Shown: in pieces, positions 56,800-64,000 of the stretch
How positions within the stretch are numbered: the first letter of the stretch is position 1
How the letters are laid out: the number at the start of each line of letters is the position of its first letter
Source of the DNA: Phoronis australis
Taxonomy: Eukaryota; Animalia; Phoronida
Length of the DNA: 64,000 bases
Direction of reading: 5' to 3'
Assembly: GCA_002633005.1 (NCBI GenBank)
Contig: NMRA01000111.1
Span: forward strand, 214,866 to 278,865
Notes under the pieces: model-generated
The model's input: the letters and a program-made list of their open reading frames with translations, nothing else
What the model was told of the DNA's origin: nothing
Databases searched by the model: none
Made by a program: the position numbers and the translations under genes

Positions 56800-59179
56800 C
56801 AGTGGCGCATCTACGGGGGGGGGGTTCAGGGGGTTTAAACTCCCATTGCCCACCTTGGGCCAGGACCCAAAAATAAAAAAAACGTCTCCAGCAAAACAAA
56901 AACGGCACTGGTAGCGTGTGTAACCCTCAAGTAAACCAACTTGGAAAAAATTGAGGGGGGGTTCACTCTGAAAATTTTTTGCATTGTAAATTGCTGAGTC
57001 TTCGTGGCTCATCGGCAAAACGCGCGGAGATTAATTGTGCGCGCGCTTCCGTCGACACTTCTGAAGTAGCCAAGCATTTTAGATGGATTCACCGCTGAAA
57101 GAGCAGTTCTATAGCTGATTTCTTTAGGTAACTAGCTTCTTTACTCTAAGATATGTTTTGATTTGTTAGGGGAAATAGTGTGGTGCCGCAACCCTGATAT
57201 TCAGGCGAAATGACGTGCAACATTTTTACCTCATCTGTCATGCCGTGTCATTCTATTACACTCCACACGTTTGTAACTGATACATAGTAAAGTTGTCTTG
57301 AGCAATATCATACAGTATACATGCACATGTAATATTATTGAAAAAAATTCTTTTTCCGAAGAATTGCTATTGTGGCGGGCGCCGTGGTCTGGTCGCGAGT
57401 CCGTTTGAAGATACACTCTAACAAGTTATGTCTATACAAGGAATGACCAAGGGGGCACTCACATTGACAAAGTGACCGCATTCGCGAACAATGTACAGTA
57501 CCAGAAATTGCGGGGAGGCTGTTCTTTCACAACAAAGTCTTGCGGGACTCGTCACTTGTGCGACGTTCAATAGGCCTCCTAAGGAGCCCTAGTTCCGACC
57601 TCAACACCTACCGTCTTTCTACCTGCAATAAGCACACTGCCGTCTTCTATACTGGGAATTTCCACAGAAAGGCCCACCCGATGAAACGCTCATACCCATG
57701 GGCATTTATTTGATATTAGTACTTCGGGTTTCAAGCGTTCAAACATTGTGACGTTTATTTAGAAAATTGCAAGAGATGCAAAATAAGTCCTGGGATACAT
57801 CGTCAAGGTTTGAAGTAGTCCGGCATGATGAACGGATCAAATTTAAATGCGCATATAAGTCTTTTGAATGGACTTGGCAACCTCAAGGGTCTTAGTGCCA
57901 ACTGAGCTGCGAAACGACATGCTGACATTGTAGAGGCTTACAAGCTCATTGACACAGCAGTTGACGAAGTGCAAGCGTTGGGAACAAACATCGAAGATAT
58001 CTGGGTAGAATGGTTCCAAGACGAGCAAACCATTGGATCCGATATACAAATTCCTCGGCAGTCTAGACAATAGGATAGGACTAACGTATGAGTAACTACT
58101 GGGGATTAAATATTTTAGAGAGAAGTTTTGAATTCAAAAATTTTTTGCATAGTAAACTTTAGGTCTCGCGACGGACCAGGCCAGCTTGATTTGTATAGAT
58201 GTTGAGTTTCAGTGTACTTCTGATCCCTCGGCGAACTAGTATTGTGATTTTTTTTTACCAAAGTGTGCTTTGTAAAACTATTTATCTCAGCCAGCACTGT
58301 TTGGTCCCGCGACAGATCGACTATTTTTATAGGGATAATAACCACAGGTGCACTCTTGGTCTCGTGACGGACCAGGTCATTCTTTTTGTGTACTCTCAGT
58401 GTACATCTGATCCCTCTGCAAACTAGTCCAGTGTATTTTTTCACCACTGTGCACAGGATGTTTTAGTTTCGTGAAACTGTTTTCAGATGATTTGTTTCCT
58501 GATACATTTGACGTTTTTCGATTGTTGTCAACGTGATCCAGCTTAATAAAATGATACTTAAATATTTATAGTCGCTTTTAATAATAGACTATGAGTTCAG
58601 AGCACCATCGTTCGCCAGTTTTTCTCGTAACGAGACAGAACACATGTTTATTTCAGGACTAACAGTACAGGTCTTCGTTCTTAAACAACTTGAGGCTGCT
58701 GTTACGCGATCATCTGATATTCAAGTTTTTACGCCCCGTCGGTGCTCCTTATGCTCTTGAATATTTGGAAGTTGTCTAAACCCCTGTATACACACCACAC
58801 TTTTTCGTATACGACTTTTCGTATGCTAAAAAAGGTGTGTGTAAGCAGATGTTCCAACAAAAATTTTTGCTGGTGGCGTGACTCATACCCAGATGTGCAC
58901 AATATGGTTTCACGAAACTTATGAGCCAAGTTCATGTGACGAAATCGAGAAGGGTTTTTAATTATCTTAAGAAAAACTCCAGAGACATGTTAAGTGCCAG
59001 AAACTTACCAGGATGCATGGAAATTTCCCTATTTGGCTACAAAAACAAAAAATATCTTACACGGGAGGGGGAGGGGGAAACCCCCCTCCTGACCTCCCCC
59101 CGCTCGGCGCCACGCGCCTAGGATTAGACCTTGGTGGGAATCCTAAGCCCCCCTTGCTGAAAACGTAGATCCGCCACTG
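56800..59179 (+). mobile_element. Degenerate ~2.4-kb hAT-like DNA transposon with a transposase remnant
   Basis: Ends CAGTGGCGCATCTACG / CGTAGATCCGCCACTG; flanks TGTAG / TATAG. The internal + strand at ~57782-58030 gives NKSWDTSSRFE...NGLGNLKGLSAN*AAKRHADIVEAYKLIDTAVDEVQALGTNIEDIWVEWFQ, resembling Tip100/PRKRIR-type hAT transposases. There is a ~197-bp-period internal duplication at 58161-58447. Confidence 0.7.
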
Positions 59180-59630
59180 TATAGGTATTTAATGGTTTGT
59201 AGAAATCTGGCGCTGTACCGCAGTCCGGGAAGCAAAAGTATTTTGATTGACATCTCTTCAATCACGCGTGCAAACATTCGCGTTTGTATTGTTTTTATAA
59301 GTAGCATGCTTTTAATTGGGCTTTGTTTTGAGAATGTTACTGAATTAAATGGATGTCGTCTTCCAAAATTGTATAACAAGACAAGCAGAGTGTGGTCAAT
59401 GGCATATGCGTCTCCGGCTGGTTCCCTGCGAGTGTAGATATCACCGAGCGGCACGCAGGGAACCAGTGAGGAGTATGCGTACATTAGTCTACCTCTAGGA
59501 GTTAAGATTAAAAATGAATGTATAACATCATGTAAAAGCAATCAATTATTTTAATAATTGATTTTGCCTAATTAAAATTAGGCAAAATTACTCACGTTTG
59601 TGAATCCAGGGCTTACAACGAGATAGACAT

Positions 59631-59786
59631 CAGTGGCGGATTTAGAGGGGGTCAAGAGGGCCATGTCCCCCCTAAAATTCTCACAGATTCCATTTGGCAG
59701 TACGAGGGTGCGAATGTCTGACAGGCAAAATCTTGGCTAATACTCCGCCCTGCCCCCCTTAACTCAAAATCTTGGATCCACCCCTG
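59631..59786. mobile_element. CAG-ended MITE with a 5-bp TSD; partial copy at ~62048-62138
   Basis: CAGTGGCGGATTTAGAGGGG...GGATCCACCCCTG with GACAT on both flanks. Confidence 0.85.
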
Positions 59787-60189
59787 GACATTAAAAAATA
59801 AGGGATAATTTAGAGTGTTTTAAATTTATGTCCAGCTGTACTTGTAGAAATTCCAACATGATTTTATTAATGACAACTTCATTATTGCTAAGCCGTAAGT
59901 CCCAGGTGCGCCTGTGCAGAACTGCATTTATATGTGAAACTTAGGCGCATGCGCATGAACCACTTGGGTAAAAATTTCCGCGAAAAAGCATTATTTCGGA
60001 TGTAGGCTCACGGGCATAAAGGCGCGGCAATTATTGGGGACAAATAAAACAAGAATTATGTATATTTCAAATTGTATTGTGAATTTCAGGGTCACAGCTC
60101 TACAAATTAATATTTCACAGAAGGAACCAGATGGATTCCTTAATTACAAGAGATAACACACACATTTCCGATACCCAAAGTGTAATTGA

Positions 60190-60395
60190 GTATCGGATAC
60201 TAAGTGGCACAGGTTAGCATAGTACCAAATGGGTACATAATACCAAATGGGTATTGGCTGATTGCCTACCAACTGGGTCGAGCAAAACGGCAAATTCAAT
60301 AACAAGTACCAAGTGGGTACAAACTGCCAATAGTGGGCAAATATCATATAAAGTACCAACTGGGTACACCAAACAGCCAACTGGGCTATAGCAAC
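60190..60395. repeat. Irregular array of short motifs (tacCAAVTGGG), probably transposon subterminal repeats
   Basis: Repeated taccaaatgggt / ccaactggg / ccaagtgggt with variable spacing. Confidence 0.55.
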
Positions 60396-60880
60396 CTGCA
60401 CAGCAGGGTTCCGGACAAGCTGAGTGAGCAGACCAGCCGGAGTAACAAAAAGAGATATTTTAAGGAACGTTGTGTTGTGGCTCAGTATGTGCCACATGGC
60501 CAGGGTTGTTCATGGGTGACAATCCTGTCCACCGCCACAACCTGCGGCAATTATAGTAAAATGTTCATGAAAAGCAAGTCTAGACAATTTTTTAAGGAGA
60601 AAATGGGTATTAATGCATGGGCCTATGCAAGGGTCATAAGCTGGGCTTATATGCGAAGCTTAGGCGCATGTGCCAATATCCCAACCACTTGCCGTAAAAA
60701 AGAGGCCGCGAAAAAGGCATGGTTATTTTAGATATAGGCCCATCGGTTTAAAGGCGCGGTACTACCTTGCTGTTTGTGAAGAATATAAAGAATTAAGTGC
60801 AAATAGGCCCATCATTTCCAATCCTAAAACGTTGCGGCCGGACAATTTCTATTTGGTTCATTGATAAAAGGAACGATAGT

Positions 60881-61447
60881 AATTTAAAGAGGAAAGTAGG
60901 CTAAAGCTCGTCAAAATATCTTTAAACAATTCCGGATGAAAGTACCATCTAGCAACGTCTAGTACGGAGTTATTCATTTTTTCATGGGGGGAAATTCCAC
61001 AAAATTCACGTTTTTTGAAAAATGCGAGAAGGAAAAGCTCTGTAGTCACCACAGAGTTTTTAATCTCCCTCCCACTTATGATAAATGCACGCATGCACTC
61101 ACAGTCTTTCTACAAACAGGTTACTGATAAGATGGATATTAACGGCAGCTTATCCTGTGTGATCGCACTCCGAATCTGAGGTCGACAGTACAGTAAGAGG
61201 CAAGCCAATGAAGCAAGCAATTTCCAAAAATAACTCCAAGTGCATTTTGGAATATATTTGAGGGTATTTCAAAGATCTTGAATTTTGTGATTGTTTTTCT
61301 GGAAATTTCCTCTCAGGGAATGTGAATTACTTTGCAATAGACGTTGCGAAATGGTACTTTGATCAGGAATTGTTTAAAAGATATTTTTGAGGATCTTTCG
61401 TGATCCATGCCGGCAACTATAGAAGCGGTTGCCTTCCTCTTTAGATT
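60881..61447. repeat. Diverged fold-back (inverted repeat) element
   Basis: aatttaaagaggaa...aaaatatctttaaacaattccggatgaaagtaccatctagcaacgtcta is inversely complementary to tagacgttgcgaaatggtactttgatcaggaattgtttaaaagatatttt...ttcctctttagatt. Confidence 0.65.
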
Positions 61448-64000
61448 ATATAGTATACTATACTTTTGGATATTTACAAGCTGTTATAGCCAGTAAGCTA
61501 TATTAAGGATGTATATAGCTCAGACTGCCCGGGACAATATTACGTTTACGTTCAAGCAAGAACTTTTATTGGAAAATAAAATTCATTCTACGTAGCAGTT
61601 TTCTATATTCATTGTTAAAACAAATATTGTCACAACAGATGTAAAATGACCTGTCTAGACAATTTCCTTTTTGGCACAGCATACTTTAGTCACTGGACTA
61701 CCCGCACAACAAGAACCTATCTCAATTTGAAAAATGAGAGGACAAAATGTTGAGATTTGATAGTACTGGGAAATTTCACAGCAAGATTCGAACACCTCAT
61801 TATTCATGGAACATTACCGAAAATGTGAATTTTGGACACTGGGGTGTCTAGAGTCATAAATATCCAGTATGTAGCAGGTTCCGTCTTTCGTTGAATAATA
61901 GAAGAGTGAAATCGTAGGTAAAAATCCTTCTCAATGGTCATACTTGATTTGTGACCACTGTGAGACATATAAGTGCTTGAACTCAAAACTGCGGCATGGA
62001 AAGTGTTTGTCGGTGACAGGGACGGAAGGAGAAAGGTAGAGTATTAGCCAGGATTTTGTTCGTCAGACATTCGCACCCCCGAATTGCCAGGGGGGAGGCA
62101 TGGATGGCCCCCTTGGCCACCCTCTAAATCCGCCACTGGGTGAAAGGAAGGTATAAGCAACCTAATAAATGTAATTCAATTGTTTTTTTGGGCAATGATT
62201 CGTATTTTCATGTCTTGCAAAGAAGCCGGCGGACACAAACATCATCCCTTTTTGAATAATACTTCTTGGTATATTATATAATAAAGAAGCCCGGAACATT
62301 TACTGGCGCTTCACAATCGTTGTATTGTTGTAGATACAGAGGACAAAGAGCACGATAAAAAACGACAAGTGCTGACCTATGGTTGACCCGACAAAGGGTA
62401 TTTCTCGGTAATACAGTGCATGCTATTTGTTTGCTCAGTGGAGCCCTACAAAACGCGTTCCCAGAATAAACCCGATTTCTGCACCCATGGTATACGTACC
62501 GGAAAAAAACAAGGAAATAATGAATTACGTGAAAACGGCATATTTTTGGGTCCGGCATGCCATTCATTTCTTACAGTGATGACGTTTTTAAGACCAACAT
62601 AAACATGCTGTATGTTGTGTCAGAAAAAGTCCGTTGTCATAAACGTCCAAATGATTCACTTGGTTATTTATGCTGGTTCTGAGGAACTCGGCACTTGACG
62701 AAATACGTATGCCGAGTTAGCTAGTACACTACGACCTTTCAGTAGGATGTCAATCACACATTTGACATAAACAATTACATTGTTCTTTTGGAGCAGATTT
62801 GGTTATAAAATATACGCGATAGCAAATAAAACGGGCAAAATTCGAACACTCGTGTAAGAAAGTAAACATCGAGTTGAAGCACCAAAATGTGCTCTTCTCA
62901 AAGATGCAATGCGTGTAGTGACCATGATAACTTTATAAATTTACAGATGCTAATTGAATAACATGTCCTTGATGTTTCGCTCACTGTGGCGATGGTTAAA
63001 TGTCACATTTGATTCGTGATTCATGGGGAGGGTCTGTCCATCGGTCGGCCAACAGACGATGAACTTTTATGAAGAACATATCAGGGGTACATTTAAGAAA
63101 TTCTTTTGGTATGTCGTACATTGATTGTTTACCATTCAAGGCTTTTTGAAAAATGTAGAGCCCAGGAACCCACCCTTATCGGCCGCTCTTCAGTGACTAA
63201 TTAGACCTAGCGGGGCACCAGAAAAGTCGCGCAATCCATAAAGTGAGAACCTCACGAAAACGCAAGGTCTCGTAAGAGTTCGCGATATATCGCCACTGAC
63301 CGCGTGATCACGGTAGCTTTATTCACGAGATTTTTACGCTTACGGAACCTCAGTGACCCAGATACCTGCTTAAGAGACCCGTGTATTCCTATGCCTCTGA
63401 TTTTGCAAAAACAATCAAGCATGTTACCAGAAATCTAAGACTGCGTTTTTATCTTCTGTGACTCATCTGACATTTTACTAACTGGAATGCAGTACGTCAC
63501 CGTAGTTCTCTGTAATTTTCCGGTTATGTGCTTTAGATAACACCTGCCTCGTCAAGAACACACTCATTACCCATTTATCATATGCCACAGTTAACAATTC
63601 ATCCCATTGTGTGCCAATATCCGAATGACCTATTTTTTAATTGTTTTTACCTGACCTTTCAACCACATTCAGCTACTACTCCCTCCCTTTAGCGGTTAAA
63701 GCGGAACAACAAACCTTTGTTTAGTAGTTTACTATTCCTGTCAAAATATTGAATTTCCACTGTTCATTTTCAAACGTTGTTCATTTCAGTGCAATACAAT
63801 GTCAACCACCTGATGAACAACGTCTTAGAAAATCACTGAGAAAGCGAAAAGGAATGGACGATGAAGAAAGAAACAAAACCCGATCATAAACATACACAAA
63901 AACGACAGACATCCCTGCAATGGTGGCTGACCACAGAAACGAAGAACGGCTATAAAGTTTTGTGTTTTAGTTCTCTAAAAAATACCCTGTCCATGGGCTG

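Noticed and set aside
60190-60395. Short repeats with variable spacers, CRISPR-like
   Set aside because: The motifs are only ~9-12 bp, degenerate and irregularly spaced, and the context is eukaryotic.
62200-64000. Possible promoter or non-coding exon at the right end (CpG-richer, donor-like site near 63650 on the minus strand)
   Set aside because: No coding similarity or partner exon is recognisable, so support is insufficient.

Overview
AT-rich, intron-containing animal genomic DNA, most likely an invertebrate; the species cannot be determined from sequence alone. Four complete spliced genes can be reconstructed by hand with GT-AG boundaries and matching reading frames. They are BCKDK (+, 11 coding exons, 412 aa), a KDM2/FBXL10-11-type JmjC-CxxC-PHD-F-box-LRR demethylase (-, 18 exons, ~1296 aa), a very compact ORAI/CRAC channel (+, 2 exons) and MORN3 (-, 5 exons, 237 aa). 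A probable first exon of an unidentified signal-peptide protein lies head-to-head with BCKDK. The order and orientation KDM2(-)/ORAI(+)/MORN3(-) matches, from memory, human KDM2B-ORAI1-MORN3, and BCKDK lies near the paralogous FBXL19-ORAI3 locus, suggesting an ancient microsynteny block. Introns and the last 8 kb hold many transposon relics: a Gypsy integrase, a Penelope element with a degenerate hammerhead ribozyme, a LINE with a nested Harbinger-type MITE, and TIR elements with 3, 5, 6 and 9 bp TSDs. One 2.4-kb element with a hAT-like transposase remnant appears to be the parent of a 5-bp-TSD MITE. I found no clearly new protein-coding system; the synteny, the regulatory layout and the transposon relationships are the best leads.
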